DNA from: Planctomycetota bacterium | GTDB taxonomy: Bacteria; Planctomycetota; UBA8108; UBA1146 | Direction: 5' to 3' | Assembly (NCBI GenBank): GCA_012960845.1 | Contig: DUAN01000157.1 | Location: 6,739-70,738, forward strand | Length of the DNA stretch: 64,000 nt | In this document: one piece after another, positions 1 to 11,744 of the stretch | Layout: each line of letters begins with the position of its first letter | Position numbering within the stretch: position 1 is the first letter of the stretch | Notes under the pieces: generated by a model | What the model was told of the DNA's origin: nothing | Seen by the model: only the letters and a program-made list of their open reading frames with translations | The model's database searches: none | Position numbers and translations under genes: made by a program

Positions 1-487
1 CCTGATACTGCTGGGCCTGTCACAACTGCTCGGGTGTGGTTACACCCCGGGCTATCGCCTCCCCAGGGGAGTCCAGCGCATCTCGGTTCCGATCTTCCGC
101 AACGAGACGATTCCTTTTCGGAGGGACATTGAGTTTTCCCTCACCAGAGCAGTGAAACGAGAGTTCCAGTTGCGAACATCGGCAGATCTGGTGGTGCAGG
201 AGGAGGCGGATGCGGTGCTCCATGGCACCATTTTACAATTTCGTGAAGGAGTCCTGGTGGAGAGTGCCGATGGCATCATCCAGGAGCAGGGGATCGGTGT
301 CCGGGTCGGATTGCGACTCGAAAGGGTTCGAGATCAACGGGTTCTGATCGAACGGGTGGTCGAAGATCTGGTGTCCTATTCGGTTCCTGCGGGGGAGTCG
401 ATCGAATCGGCGATGGAGGAAGCGGTGCAGGAAATCGCTCGGAGAATCATCGCAGAACTGGAACCATGGTACGAGCAGAGCCGCTGA
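1..487 (+). CDS. 5'-truncated lipoprotein, LptE-like (LPS-assembly lipoprotein family?)
   Basis: The frame is open from the window start. The N-terminus reads LLGLSQLLGCGY (lipobox-like LGC) followed by a SVPIFRNET-type motif. It ends at 487 and overlaps the folP start. Confidence 0.35.
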   Translation, partial: LILLGLSQLLGCGYTPGYRLPRGVQRISVPIFRNETIPFRRDIEFSLTRAVKREFQLRTSADLVVQEEADAVLHGTILQFREGVLVESADGIIQEQGIGVRVGLRLERVRDQRVLIERVVEDLVSYSVPAGESIESAMEEAVQEIARRIIAELEPWYEQSR

Positions 488-1344
488 CTGGATCGAGATC
501 TGATCCTGGCGAGAGGAACATTTCCGTGAACCCGAAAGTACTCGGCATCTTGAATGTCACTCCGGATTCCTTCAGTGATGGAGGCCAGTTCACGGGTGTC
601 GATGCTGCCAGGAGCAGGGCTCTCGAGATGGTTCAGCAGGGCGCCGATGCCCTCGATGTCGGAGGTGAATCAACGCGTCCTGGAGCCCTCGCCATCTCGG
701 TCGAGGAGGAACTTCAGAGGGTTCTCCCCCTTCTCGAAGCGGTTCAGGGCGAGGTCGATGTCCCCATCAGCATCGACACCCGTCGAGCCGAGGTGGTTCG
801 AGAGGCGATGGTTCGGGGAGTTCGAATCGTCAATGACACCTCAGCCCTGCAGGACGACTCCGCGCTCTCATCGGTGATTGCAGAGCACCAGTTGACGGTG
901 ATTTTGATGCACCGAAATGGAGTTCCTGAAACGATGCAGCGGGATCCTCGATATGTAGATGTGCTGGAGCAGATCCGGACATTTCTCAAGGAACGGATCG
1001 AGTTCGCCGTTGCAGCGGGGATTCCTCGCGAGCAGATCGTGATCGATCCTGGACTTGGTTTTGGCAAGAGCATCGCCGACAACTACCAGATCACCGGAAA
1101 CCTCGATTACTTTCGATCGCTGGGAGTCCCTCTGTTGCTGGGCGCATCGAGGAAGTCCTTCACCGGCATCTTTGATGGATCTGCTCCGGAAGATAGGCTT
1201 CCGGCTTCCTTGGCGTTCGTCGCACGAGCGCAGAGGTCTGCGGTGGAATGGGTCAGGGTCCACGATGTCGAGGAAACGGTGACCTTCCTCAAAGCGCTGG
1301 CAGCCTTCGAGGAGCCACAACTCATCGAGGAGGGAATCAGTTGA
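466..1344 (+). CDS. folP: dihydropteroate synthase
   Basis: It carries the GILNVTPDSFSDGG motif, ...LDVGGESTRPGA and a pterin-binding fold, and is about 290 aa. The stop TGA is at 1342-1344. The exact start is uncertain. Confidence 0.85.
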   Translation: MVRAEPLTGSRSDPGERNISVNPKVLGILNVTPDSFSDGGQFTGVDAARSRALEMVQQGADALDVGGESTRPGALAISVEEELQRVLPLLEAVQGEVDVPISIDTRRAEVVREAMVRGVRIVNDTSALQDDSALSSVIAEHQLTVILMHRNGVPETMQRDPRYVDVLEQIRTFLKERIEFAVAAGIPREQIVIDPGLGFGKSIADNYQITGNLDYFRSLGVPLLLGASRKSFTGIFDGSAPEDRLPASLAFVARAQRSAVEWVRVHDVEETVTFLKALAAFEEPQLIEEGIS

Positions 1345-2186
1345 ACGAGTTCGAGACGATCTGGACCGCCATCGAGGCGATCGGTCCGCTGCGAGTACTG
1401 ATCGAGGTGAGTGTCATCTACCTGCTGATCTATGGATTCATCGTCTTCTGTGAGGGGACTCGAGGAGCAGGGGTCCTGAAGGGGTTGGCGATGACGGTGA
1501 TCATCACCGTCGCGGCCACTCGGCTGGCGGTCGGAGTCCTCGATCTGGAGCGGATCGGATTCCTGCTGGCGGTGGTGACTCCTGCAGCATTCACTGCCAT
1601 CATCGTGATCTTGCAGCCGGAGCTTCGGCGAGGGCTGGTCAGGCTCAGCCAGGCACCCATCTTTGGCGAGCTGATCCGAGACGAACAGGAACTGGTCGTG
1701 GTGGTCGTTCGCGCTTGCGTTACGTTGTCGAAGACTCGCGTCGGTGCCCTCTTTGCCATCGAGAGGGACCAGTCACTGAATCCCTGGGTGGACCGAGGCA
1801 CCAGACTGGATGCGGAGGTCTCGTCGGAGATCCTCACCACCATCTTTTATCCAGGTACTGCCCTCCACGATGGCGCAGTGGTGATCCAGAGTGGGCGGAT
1901 TGCCGCGGCAGGTTGTTTGCTGCCGCTCTCAGAAAATGAGCAACTGGGCTCCTGGGCGGGAACCAGGCATAGAGCGGCTGTTGGCCTGACCGAGGAGTCC
2001 GATGCGGTGACCGTGGTCGTCAGTGAGGAGACGGGAATGATCTCCCTGTGCGTGAAGGGCGAGGTTTTTCGAGATCTCGATCGTGATGAACTGGCTCATA
2101 AATTACGCAGTTACTACACCAAGACCGATGCTGCTACAGAGGCCACCCAGGTCGAGAAGACTGCTCCAGGTGGGGGGGTAGCATGA
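1341..2186 (+). CDS. cdaA: diadenylate cyclase (c-di-AMP synthase), membrane-anchored CdaA type
   Basis: A TTG at 1341 is in frame and overlaps the folP stop (TTGA). Three N-terminal TM helices precede a DAC domain with DGA and GTRHRAA motifs. Confidence 0.85.
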   Translation: MNEFETIWTAIEAIGPLRVLIEVSVIYLLIYGFIVFCEGTRGAGVLKGLAMTVIITVAATRLAVGVLDLERIGFLLAVVTPAAFTAIIVILQPELRRGLVRLSQAPIFGELIRDEQELVVVVVRACVTLSKTRVGALFAIERDQSLNPWVDRGTRLDAEVSSEILTTIFYPGTALHDGAVVIQSGRIAAAGCLLPLSENEQLGSWAGTRHRAAVGLTEESDAVTVVVSEETGMISLCVKGEVFRDLDRDELAHKLRSYYTKTDAATEATQVEKTAPGGGVA

Positions 2187-3244
2187 AGGGATCATGGAGG
2201 GTCCGGGTCGTCGAGTTCCTGGTCGGAAACAAGCGCAACAAGTTAACCAGTCTGCTGCTGGCGGTGGTGGTGTGGGCATACGCCTTCGGAAATACCGGTC
2301 ATGAGGAGAGTATCGATGCTTTCCTGATCGTAGAACCGGCAGCCAAGGATCAGGTGGTGATCTCCAAGACCATTTCCCAGGCGAAGATTGGACAAAAGGG
2401 CGATCTCTTCGTCGGGCGCTGCAAGATCACTCTTTCGGGGCCTCGAAATGTAGTGGCTCGATATGTCGAGTCGGAGCTCTCGCCGCAGGGGATTCTGAAG
2501 GTGGATCGATCTGGCCGGATCGATCTGCGAAGCGCAGATCTATTCCAGCTGCCTCAAGGCCTCTCGGTAAAGGGCATCGATCCGACCTTTCTGGAAGTGG
2601 TCCTCGACAAGGTGGTGAGGGTCGAGAAGGAGGTCCGAGCATCGGTCCGTGGAACTCCAGGTCCAGGATTTGTGCGGTTTCCCGGAGGGATCTCCACCGA
2701 TCCGGAAAAGGTCACCCTGGAGGGTCCAAGTCAGTTGCTCGAGCAAGACGTGGTGGCAGTTCTGACCCAGCAGATCGATATCGATGGAGTGGTCGTTCCT
2801 CTCGTCGAAGCCATCGTTCCACTGGTGATCACTGGCGATGACAGCAAGTTGATCCAGATCGCAGAAGGGTTCCCGAGGGAAGCGACGGTGAAGATCCACC
2901 TGCAGGAAAATTTGACCCGGGAACAGGCTCTGGTTTCGGTCCGTTACATCGTCGACGAAGATGTGGATCTTGAAATTCGCGGAGACCAAAGCATCAAGGT
3001 GACCGTCACCGGAGTGGAGGAGGCGGTGAGAGAGTGGAAGAAGAGAGTCGACGAAGGCCGCTTCTATCTGCTGGTGAGGGTTACCGATACCGCAGGAGAA
3101 GGTCGCAATGTTCCAAGAGAAGAAGTGCGATGGATCGATGGTAGTCTGCCGACTGGAATTTCAGATGAGCAGGTGAAACTGGAGCGGATCATCCTCTACA
3201 GCGCCAAGCCATTCGAAGTACCTGGAGAGGATCCGCAGAAGTGA
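2183..3244 (+). CDS. cdaR: CdaA regulatory protein, YbbR-like domain protein
   Basis: It has an N-terminal TM segment and then repetitive beta-rich YbbR-like sequence. It overlaps the cdaA stop (ATGA) and sits between cdaA and glmM, as in the canonical cdaA-cdaR-glmM operon. Confidence 0.7.
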   Translation: MKGSWRVRVVEFLVGNKRNKLTSLLLAVVVWAYAFGNTGHEESIDAFLIVEPAAKDQVVISKTISQAKIGQKGDLFVGRCKITLSGPRNVVARYVESELSPQGILKVDRSGRIDLRSADLFQLPQGLSVKGIDPTFLEVVLDKVVRVEKEVRASVRGTPGPGFVRFPGGISTDPEKVTLEGPSQLLEQDVVAVLTQQIDIDGVVVPLVEAIVPLVITGDDSKLIQIAEGFPREATVKIHLQENLTREQALVSVRYIVDEDVDLEIRGDQSIKVTVTGVEEAVREWKKRVDEGRFYLLVRVTDTAGEGRNVPREEVRWIDGSLPTGISDEQVKLERIILYSAKPFEVPGEDPQK

Positions 3245-4596
3245 TCTTCGGAACCGATGGTGTTCGAGACATCGGCGGTGAGGGTCTACTCTCCCCCGAT
3301 TCCGTCGACAGACTGGGCCAGGCGATCGCCGGCCACATGAGTCGCAATGGAAGCGCCGGTGGGCGAGTTCTGATCGCGCGAGATACCCGTACTTCGGGGC
3401 CAGGGATCGAGCTAATACTCACGAATGCCCTGCGACGGGAAGGTTGCAGCACCATCCACGCCGGGGTGCTTCCGACTCCTGCAGTCTCGCTCCTGGTCCC
3501 GGATGGAGTGGCAGATCTGGGGCTGGTCATCTCGGCTTCTCACAACCCACCTGAGTTCAACGGGATCAAGATCCTCGACGGGGCCGGTTCCAAGCTCGAT
3601 TCCTCACAAGAGGAGGCGATCTCCGAGGACCATGGAAGGCATGCGGGCCAACCGAACGCCTCCCTCGAGATCGAGGTGGAGGAGGGTCTGGGCGATCGAT
3701 ACCTCGAGAAGTTGATGGGCTCCTTTCCTGCGGGAGAGTTTCTTCAAGGCTTGTCGGTGGTGCTCGACTGTGCCCGCGGGGCTGCCTGCCACTGGGGCCC
3801 GGAAGCGTTTCAGCGTGCCGGTGCAGAGGTGACCGTGATTCATGGTGAGCCGGATGGGGAACGGATCAATGTCGGTTGTGGTTCACTCCATCCCGAGGTG
3901 CTGAGTGAGGAAGTGAAACGGATCGGTGCTGCGGTGGGAATCGCATTGGATGGAGATGCGGATCGCGCACTCTTCTGTGACGAATCGGGCACTCATGTCG
4001 ACGGCGATGACGTGATCGTGATCTGGGCGAGGGCGATGCTCGAGGAGGGATTACTCGATCCACCCATCGTGGCCTTGACCGTGATGTCGAATGCCGGAGT
4101 AGAGGAATATCTGAATCGCCATGGAGTGTCGGTGGTGCGAACGGCGGTGGGCGACCGAGCGGTCGCGGCAGCGCTAAAAGAGAGTGGCGGAATGCTGGGC
4201 GGAGAGCCTTCAGGGCATATCATCTGCCCCGGGGAAGCGGCCACCGGAGACGGCATCCGTACGGCGCTAGCGGTGGCTCGCCGGGTGGTCCAGTCGGGTC
4301 GACCTCTTTCGAACTTGTATTCCGGAATCGAGCGTTTCCCTCAGGAACAGAAAACCTTGAAGATCCAGCAGAGGCCACCACTGGAGCAGTTGTCACTCCT
4401 CTCGGTGACGATGGAGCAAGCCCAACAGGCGCTCGGCAGTGAAGGACGGATCCTGGTGCGCTATTCCGGAACCGAACCGCTGCTGAGGATTCTCGTGGAA
4501 GCCCGCAGTCAGTCCGATGCGGAACTCTGGATCGAACGCCTCGAGAGATCCGCCCAGGCGGAAGAAGTACTGGGAGTCATTCCTGCCAGCACTTGA
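3241..4596 (+). CDS. glmM: phosphoglucosamine mutase
   Basis: The GTG start overlaps the cdaR stop. It has an FGTDGVRD N-terminus, the SASHNPPEFNGIKI phosphoserine loop and the GEPSGH motif. Confidence 0.9.
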   Translation: MIFGTDGVRDIGGEGLLSPDSVDRLGQAIAGHMSRNGSAGGRVLIARDTRTSGPGIELILTNALRREGCSTIHAGVLPTPAVSLLVPDGVADLGLVISASHNPPEFNGIKILDGAGSKLDSSQEEAISEDHGRHAGQPNASLEIEVEEGLGDRYLEKLMGSFPAGEFLQGLSVVLDCARGAACHWGPEAFQRAGAEVTVIHGEPDGERINVGCGSLHPEVLSEEVKRIGAAVGIALDGDADRALFCDESGTHVDGDDVIVIWARAMLEEGLLDPPIVALTVMSNAGVEEYLNRHGVSVVRTAVGDRAVAAALKESGGMLGGEPSGHIICPGEAATGDGIRTALAVARRVVQSGRPLSNLYSGIERFPQEQKTLKIQQRPPLEQLSLLSVTMEQAQQALGSEGRILVRYSGTEPLLRILVEARSQSDAELWIERLERSAQAEEVLGVIPAST

Positions 4597-4636
4597 TCGA
4601 GCGGGAGTCACTGCGAAAGAAACTGGAGATCAGCCG

Positions 4637-5719
4637 CTAGAAGGGTAGATCTCCCGAGGAACTCGATTCTCCGTCCACAACTCGATCGCTCTGTTTCTGT
4701 TGTGAAGGGGCTGTAGAACTGGCCGGGGGTGAGCCCTGGAAATCGCCCATGAAGTCGAGATTTCTCGGAAAGAAGGGCCTCACGTCGAGCATGTAGGAGT
4801 GCGCCCCGAAGCGAGAATCTTGCGGACCGGGTCTGGCACTCCGGTACAGTTCGAGGAAGCCCATCAGTTTTGCATCGAGATTGTCGATGTAATGCATCGC
4901 CAGCGCCTCGGCGGTCATCGGCTTCTTCGGCGATCCGTATTCCAGTTGGCCATGGTGACTGGCCACGATGTGCTGGATTTGCAGGAGTAGTTCGCTATCG
5001 AGGTCTTCAACTTCACGACCCGCCTCATCGATCCAGTTGCAACAGAGAACTATGTGACCCAGAAGCTGACCCTCATCGGTGTAACTGAAGCCATTCTCGA
5101 TGCCGAGTTCGGCAGTCTTGGCGATATCATGCAGGATCACCCCTGAGATCAAGACATCGCGGTCGAGCCATCGGTAATGGTCACAAACCATGTCCGCCAT
5201 GTTCATCAATGAAACCATGTGTTCGAGCAACCCACCGATGTAGGCATGATGCATCGATTTTCCAGCAGGTGAGATTCTCAACTGATCTCTCAACCCAGGA
5301 CGAGCCAGGACCGTGACCACCAGTTTTCGAATCGACTCATTCTTGATGCTGACAACTCGCTCTTCGAGTTCTCTCTCGAGTGCTTCGATGTCACAGGGAG
5401 TGCGAGGAAGAAACTCAGCGGCCTTGAGCCCCGCTGCACTGGCTGAAACCGGCTCGAGGGAGTCGATGATGGACTGGAGATTTCCCTGGTACTCTTCGAC
5501 TCGACCCTGAACCCGTACGAACGGATTCCGATCGAGTTCTCTGAATTCTTCCTGGCTGCTCTCCCAGCGCACTGCTTTCATTCCTGCAGTGTGATCTCTG
5601 AGGGTCAATTGGATGAAAAACTTGCCATTACGAGCGGTCTTGAGATTGGCTCCCTCGACCAGAAAGATGCCTTCGAGGCGGTCTCCACGATTGACCGAGT
5701 CCAGGGTTCGTTGGTCCAA
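4637..5719 (-). CDS. OB-fold + HD-domain phosphohydrolase (YhaM-like 3'-5' exoribonuclease family)
   Basis: An N-terminal OB-fold-like segment is followed by an HD domain (HxxxxxxHD...D pattern: HHAYIGGLLEH, VILHDIAK, ASHHG). It is convergent with glmM. Confidence 0.6.
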   Translation of the reverse strand: MDQRTLDSVNRGDRLEGIFLVEGANLKTARNGKFFIQLTLRDHTAGMKAVRWESSQEEFRELDRNPFVRVQGRVEEYQGNLQSIIDSLEPVSASAAGLKAAEFLPRTPCDIEALERELEERVVSIKNESIRKLVVTVLARPGLRDQLRISPAGKSMHHAYIGGLLEHMVSLMNMADMVCDHYRWLDRDVLISGVILHDIAKTAELGIENGFSYTDEGQLLGHIVLCCNWIDEAGREVEDLDSELLLQIQHIVASHHGQLEYGSPKKPMTAEALAMHYIDNLDAKLMGFLELYRSARPGPQDSRFGAHSYMLDVRPFFPRNLDFMGDFQGSPPASSTAPSQQKQSDRVVDGESSSSGDLPF

Positions 5720-5885
5720 GAGGCACCCCCATCAGTTTTCTAGAATTTAATTCCCAAGAAGATTGCTTCAGGAATGACCAGGACCAACTTCCCCGGTCGA
5801 TTCCAGCCAGTTTGGTGAGTCTCACTTGTTCCCGGGGAAGCCGCAACCCCTGACGGGACTTGCAGCAACTCCAGGATACGGCAAG

Positions 5886-7904
5886 ATGATGGGCTGGACC
5901 GCTGACAACCCCCGATCGGAGGCACCCTTGGCCCGAAGTGGCACCATTCAACGATTGAGCGCACTGGCCATCCTCGGCTCGGCTCTGCTGATCATTCTGC
6001 CCTGCCTCGAGGTTGCGGCGGATGTACGACTTCGGATGAAGACTGGAGAGGTTCTTGAAGGTCGGATCTATGACCTGGGACATGAGTACCTGGAACTGAG
6101 TGGGCGTCTCGGATCGAACTTGATTCTCAAGAGAGATGTGAAGCACTGGAGCCTCAAGACCACCACCAGGCCCGAGCCCAAGGGAATCCTACTGATCCTG
6201 AGTGAGGGACTCGAAGTCGGAGGAGATGTCCGATTTGATACCGGATCCAGTGAGTGGGTCGTGAATCTCGGCAACGGTACCGCAAGATATCTGGATTCGA
6301 TGGTCGCGCGAACCATCGACCCCAATGGGATCTGCAGCGATGACCGATTTACGGTGCGAGCAGGCTTCGAAGATCGGACGGCTCGTGCCATCCAGGGGGT
6401 GATCGCAGGTGATTCCATCGAACGAGAGGACGGAATCCAGTACCTTCGATCCTCCGGTTTCTTTGGCCTGAGACCCATCGAAGAAGAACTCGAGAAGAGC
6501 GATCACCCGATCCTCCGGAGATTACAACTGGAAGAGCGTTTCCGCATGTCGCTGCCAGCGGGGATCACAGAGGCCAGGCCCCACTTCCTCGAGCAGATCA
6601 TGAAAGGCTCGTCGAGAGAGCAGGTCGGAATTCTGCGGGAGACGCTGCTGGAGCACGGATCGGATCTCTACCCGCTGCTCGGGCTGTTGCTACTCGACGA
6701 TGCGCAGAGTGCAGAAGTCCGGACCTTTGCCATCGATGTCTTGCAGCGAACGCACAGCATCCGGGAACTGGTGACCGCATGGGAAGCCTCGGATGGTCAG
6801 GGTCAGTTGGCACTGGCCATCGCGCTCGGAGAAAATGGAGTGCACGTTGGAATTTCAACCTTGATCGAGGCGTTGGAACTGGAAGAGCGTGCCGCACGGG
6901 CCATCGCGGCCAAGAAATTATACGAATACACCGGAGAACGGTTCGATTTTGATCCCGATGGGGAACTCGCCGCTCGTGGCGAGTCGATCCGCAAGTGGCG
7001 TGCTTGGTGGGACAAAAACCGCGACCGGATCGAGGGGCTCGCAGTGGCGGTCCTCGATGGTAAGGACACGAGTGAAGAGCGCCGAAAGGCATCGGATCTG
7101 TGGCGCAGAGGACTTGCGGCGGAAGCGGACCAGCGATTTGAACTGGCCGAGCGGTTGTACAAGCAAGCGATCGAGATCGATCCGACCGCCATGGGGCCCT
7201 TTGTCAGCCTGGGAATTCTTCAGTACCAGCACTTCATTGATTACGATGCGGCACTCGAGTCTCTCCACCGGGCCATCGGTCGTGAGCCTGGCATGGGGGA
7301 CGGAGTCAATGAACGGGTTTGCTACTACCACATCGGCCGGATCTATCAATTTGGTCTCGATTTCGACCGTGCTCGCGGGGCCCTGCTGAAATCGGTGAGC
7401 CTCGATCAGAATTACTCCGCCGCCTGGTACGAGTTGGGCCGGATCCAGTATGAAGAGGCTCTTCTGGCGGGTGGGGCGGTCGAGGTCCGCAGGGAACGGC
7501 TGGAGGCCGCCCGAGAGACCTTCATGAGCGGCATCATGGCGCTGACCCGGTATCGAAGGGGACTGATCGTGGTCGATCGCACCAATCTCCCCTTTGACAA
7601 TGCCTTGCCCTTCTCGACCCGTGACCACAACCGAACGCTGAGAGAATTGCGGATCAGGATCCTCGAGGAACTGGGCCGATTCCGTGGTCGTATCGGAGCC
7701 ATCTCGCTGATCCTGGACGAGCCCAAGAGAGTGCTCCAGGAGTATCGAGAAGCCACCACCGAGGGCTCGGTGACCGAGGAACTGGAGAAACTGGTCAGCG
7801 TCGCTCGAGTCATTCTTCAGTCCAGACCGGGAGATTCCGGAGAGCCGGTTCCCACCGGAGGCACCGAGGATGACGGCGAAATCGACGCAGGAGAGGGAAG
7901 ATAG
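5886..7904 (+). CDS. HEAT/TPR-repeat protein with N-terminal signal-anchor, function unknown
   Basis: The ATG at 5886 is preferred over the upstream TTG. A hydrophobic N-terminal segment is followed by HEAT-like and TPR-like repeats (e.g. AIEIDPTAMGPFVSLGILQY..., AAWYELGRIQYEEA). Confidence 0.5.
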   Translation: MMGWTADNPRSEAPLARSGTIQRLSALAILGSALLIILPCLEVAADVRLRMKTGEVLEGRIYDLGHEYLELSGRLGSNLILKRDVKHWSLKTTTRPEPKGILLILSEGLEVGGDVRFDTGSSEWVVNLGNGTARYLDSMVARTIDPNGICSDDRFTVRAGFEDRTARAIQGVIAGDSIEREDGIQYLRSSGFFGLRPIEEELEKSDHPILRRLQLEERFRMSLPAGITEARPHFLEQIMKGSSREQVGILRETLLEHGSDLYPLLGLLLLDDAQSAEVRTFAIDVLQRTHSIRELVTAWEASDGQGQLALAIALGENGVHVGISTLIEALELEERAARAIAAKKLYEYTGERFDFDPDGELAARGESIRKWRAWWDKNRDRIEGLAVAVLDGKDTSEERRKASDLWRRGLAAEADQRFELAERLYKQAIEIDPTAMGPFVSLGILQYQHFIDYDAALESLHRAIGREPGMGDGVNERVCYYHIGRIYQFGLDFDRARGALLKSVSLDQNYSAAWYELGRIQYEEALLAGGAVEVRRERLEAARETFMSGIMALTRYRRGLIVVDRTNLPFDNALPFSTRDHNRTLRELRIRILEELGRFRGRIGAISLILDEPKRVLQEYREATTEGSVTEELEKLVSVARVILQSRPGDSGEPVPTGGTEDDGEIDAGEGR

Positions 7905-8110
7905 AGCACCCAAGGATGGTGGCATCCGGCTCGGGTCTCGTTGCACCCCTATCTTTCGGCGGCTAACCTGCCCCATCGTACCCAGGCGTCACGGATTCCC
8001 ATCCTGTTCGCCAAGATCCAGCGGCATTGCACTCCCTCCAGGTCGAGATCGTGGTTCGATACGATCGATGTGAATGGCAAGGGCAGGCGGCGGCGGAAGA
8101 AGGAGCTGAT

Positions 8111-9283
8111 TTGAAGATCCACGAGTACCAGGCGAAGCAACTGCTCGCTCGGCATCAGATTCCGGTGCCCGCCGGTCGAATGGCGAGAGACGTCGATGAG
8201 GCGCTCGCCGCTGCCGAGGAGCTGGGCAGTGGCCCCTGGGTGGTCAAGGCGCAGATTCATGCGGGAGGGCGAGGAAAGGGCGGCGGAGTTCGTGTCACTT
8301 CCACCATGGAGGAGTGCGAGGCTGCCATCCGGTCGATCCTGGGAATGCAACTGGTGACTCACCAGACCGGGCCGGAAGGTCAGGAGGTTCGTACGCTGCT
8401 CATCGAGGAGGGGTGCGACATCGCTCGTGAAATCTACTGTGGAATGGTGATCGACCGTGCTCGAGAGAAGCCGGTCCTGATGGCCAGCGCTGAGGGTGGA
8501 ATGGACATCGAGGAAGTCGCTGCCAAGCGGCCGGAAGCGATCTTCTTCGAGGAGATCGATCTCGATGCGGGGCTCTCCGAGGAAGCAGCACGGTCGGTGG
8601 CACAGCGGCTCGACTTCGAGGGGAAAACCGCCGATCAATTTGTCGATATCGTCTGCAAGCTGGCCCGGGCCTTTGTTGAGGAAGATTGCTCCCTTGCCGA
8701 GATCAACCCGATGGTGGTGACTGGCAGCGGAGATGTGATCGCCCTCGATGCCAAGATCAACTTCGATGACAACGCGGATTTCAGGCATCCAGAACATGCC
8801 CAACTGCGTGACCTGGACGAAGAGGATCCTCGAGAGACCCGAGCTGCCGAGTGGGACCTCTCCTACGTTGGAATGGAAGGAACCATCGGGTGCATGGTCA
8901 ATGGAGCGGGACTCGCCATGGCAACGATGGACATCATCAAGCTCCATGGTGGTGAACCCGCCAACTTCCTCGATGTGGGTGGAACGGCCACCGCAGAGAG
9001 AGTTACCGAGGCATTCAAGATCATCCTCGAGGACCCCAACGTGAAGGCGATTCTGGTCAACATTTTTGGCGGCATCATCCGCTGCGATCTGATCGCAGAA
9101 GGGATCGTGCAGGCCGCACGAGAGACCAATCTTCAGGTTCCACTGGTGGTTCGACTGGAGGGGAACTCGGTGGCGGAGGGCCATGCGCTTCTGGAGAGTT
9201 CGGGAGTCGATGTCATCGCCGCTGCGGATCTGGCAGATGCCGCAAGGAAAGCGGTGGCTGCTACGGAAGGAGTGAGCCGATGA
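8111..9283 (+). CDS. sucC: succinyl-CoA synthetase beta subunit
   Basis: The TTG start has an AGGAG 6 nt upstream. It contains [12 protein letters not shown], the ATP-grasp motif [15 protein letters not shown] and the CoA-ligase C-domain. Confidence 0.9.
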   Translation: MKIHEYQAKQLLARHQIPVPAGRMARDVDEALAAAEELGSGPWVVKAQIHAGGRGKGGGVRVTSTMEECEAAIRSILGMQLVTHQTGPEGQEVRTLLIEEGCDIAREIYCGMVIDRAREKPVLMASAEGGMDIEEVAAKRPEAIFFEEIDLDAGLSEEAARSVAQRLDFEGKTADQFVDIVCKLARAFVEEDCSLAEINPMVVTGSGDVIALDAKINFDDNADFRHPEHAQLRDLDEEDPRETRAAEWDLSYVGMEGTIGCMVNGAGLAMATMDIIKLHGGEPANFLDVGGTATAERVTEAFKIILEDPNVKAILVNIFGGIIRCDLIAEGIVQAARETNLQVPLVVRLEGNSVAEGHALLESSGVDVIAAADLADAARKAVAATEGVSR

Positions 9284-10158
9284 GTATTCTAGTGAACTCC
9301 GAGACGCGTATGCTGGTTCAGGGTTTCACCGGACGAAATGGAACCCTCCACAGCGAACAGATGATGGAATACGGCACCAACATCGTTGGGGGAGTGACAC
9401 CCGGAAAGGGTGGAACCCGTCACCTCGATCGACCGGTGTTTAACGATGTGGCCAGTGCCAGGGAAGAGACTCGTGCCAACGCCAGTATCATCTATGTCCC
9501 TGCGCGCTTCGCAGGAGCGGCGGTGATCGAAGCCGCGGAGGCTGGAATTCCGTTCATAGTATGCATCACCGAAGGAATTCCGACACTCGACATGATTCGC
9601 GCCAAGGATGCAGTCCGAGCCAATGGTGCCCGACTGCTGGGTGCGAACTGCCCAGGGATCATCACCCCGGGAGAGTGCAAGGCGGGGATCATGCCAGGCT
9701 TCATCCATCGACCTGGTTCGGTGGGGGTCGTCAGTCGAAGCGGCACTCTCACCTACGAGGCGGTTCATCAGACCACTCAGATCGGACTGGGGCAGAGCAC
9801 CTGTATCGGCATCGGCGGGGATCCGATCATCGGGACGACATTCCTCGATGTCTTGAAACTGTTCAATGAAGATCCTGCCACCGAATCGATCGTCATGGTC
9901 GGTGAAATTGGTGGTACCGCTGAAGAAGAGGCGGCAGATTACATCGCATCCGAAGTGAACAAACCAGTGGTTGGTTTCATCGCAGGTACAACCGCACCTC
10001 CCGGAAGGCGGATGGGGCATGCCGGAGCCATCGTCAGTGGTGGTAAGGGTACTGCAAAGGACAAGATCGCAGCGCTGGAAAGAGCAGGTGCAAGGGTTGC
10101 AGATTCCCCGGCGGGGATCGGCTCGACTCTTTCCGAATTGATCTCAGCAAAGAACTAG
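9280..10158 (+). CDS. sucD: succinyl-CoA synthetase alpha subunit
   Basis: It overlaps the sucC stop (ATGA). It has [10 protein letters not shown] and [14 protein letters not shown], the phospho-His loop region. Confidence 0.9.
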   Translation: MSILVNSETRMLVQGFTGRNGTLHSEQMMEYGTNIVGGVTPGKGGTRHLDRPVFNDVASAREETRANASIIYVPARFAGAAVIEAAEAGIPFIVCITEGIPTLDMIRAKDAVRANGARLLGANCPGIITPGECKAGIMPGFIHRPGSVGVVSRSGTLTYEAVHQTTQIGLGQSTCIGIGGDPIIGTTFLDVLKLFNEDPATESIVMVGEIGGTAEEEAADYIASEVNKPVVGFIAGTTAPPGRRMGHAGAIVSGGKGTAKDKIAALERAGARVADSPAGIGSTLSELISAKN

Positions 10159-10188
10159 ATCGGGATTGCGCCACGAAGGTGGTGTTGA

Positions 10189-11160
<972 letters not shown>

Positions 11161-11178
11161 TCCGGCTCGGGTGGTCCG

Positions 11179-11655
11179 CTACAACTTGTTGAGGATCTTC
11201 TTGAACAGTTTCTTCTCGTCGCCATCGTGCTGCTCGAGTTGATCCGATCGCCCCAGGGCATAGAGAGCCAATCGAACCTCCCGGGTGGTTGCGGACAAGG
11301 TGGCTTCGAGGAGTTGTTGCTCTACATCGGAGAGTGACCGTAACGCTTCGATCAGGCGTTTCTCTCTCGAACTGACCTTGACTGATCGGCTCCGGGTCTC
11401 TTGCCTGTTCGAGGACCGGATGTTCTCCAGCAAGGCGATCCGGGGCGGTGGATAGGGTGCATCATTATCGAGAATGTAGTCGGCGGTGACTCCCAGTTCT
11501 CGGGCGATTCGCAGAGCTACGGCACCTCTGGGCTGATGAATCCCCGCCTCAATTCGAGACAGAGCACTGGGCGTCACCGAGGTCATGGATGCGAGAGAGC
11601 TCTGGGCGACCCCTCGATCCTTGCGTAGATTCATGATCTTACGTCCGGTTTCCAA
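11179..11655 (-). CDS. XRE-family helix-turn-helix transcriptional regulator
   Basis: The N-terminal HTH_XRE reads LRKDRGVAQSSLASMTSVTPSALSRIEAG. The start may instead be the internal MNLRK at 11634. Confidence 0.6.
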   Translation of the reverse strand: METGRKIMNLRKDRGVAQSSLASMTSVTPSALSRIEAGIHQPRGAVALRIARELGVTADYILDNDAPYPPPRIALLENIRSSNRQETRSRSVKVSSREKRLIEALRSLSDVEQQLLEATLSATTREVRLALYALGRSDQLEQHDGDEKKLFKKILNKL

Positions 11656-11674
11656 GGGGCATCCTCCTGATTTT

Positions 11675-11744
11675 CAAGCGTCTGTGGTTCTCATGCGGCT
11701 ATGGTTCTCAAGCGCCTGTGGTTCTTGGGCGTCTGTGGTTTGAT
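11675..11744. repeat. four degenerate ~17-bp direct repeats (GCGYCTGTGGTTCT core), candidate operator array
   Basis: Read directly: caagcgtctgtggttctc / atgcggctatggttctc / aagcgcctgtggttctt / gggcgtctgtggtttga. The array is flanked by tttcaag. It lies between the divergent XRE regulator and the DHH phosphoesterase gene. Confidence 0.6.

Noticed and set aside
5826-5885. Upstream TTG start for the TPR/HEAT protein.
   Set aside because: It is a TTG with no RBS. The ATG pair at 5886/5889 precedes the hydrophobic signal-anchor and is more plausible. The call remains uncertain.
7905-8110. tRNA-like fragments (ggttcgatac) in the sucC upstream region.
   Set aside because: No acceptor stem or anticodon arm could be built. 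It is probably coincidental.
6918-9184. Long antisense ORFs (352 aa at 6918-7976 and 411 aa at 7949-9184, minus strand) opposite the TPR gene and sucC.
   Set aside because: They have no recognisable domains, while the sense-strand genes have unambiguous homology (SucC motifs). Long antisense ORFs are expected by chance in high-GC DNA.
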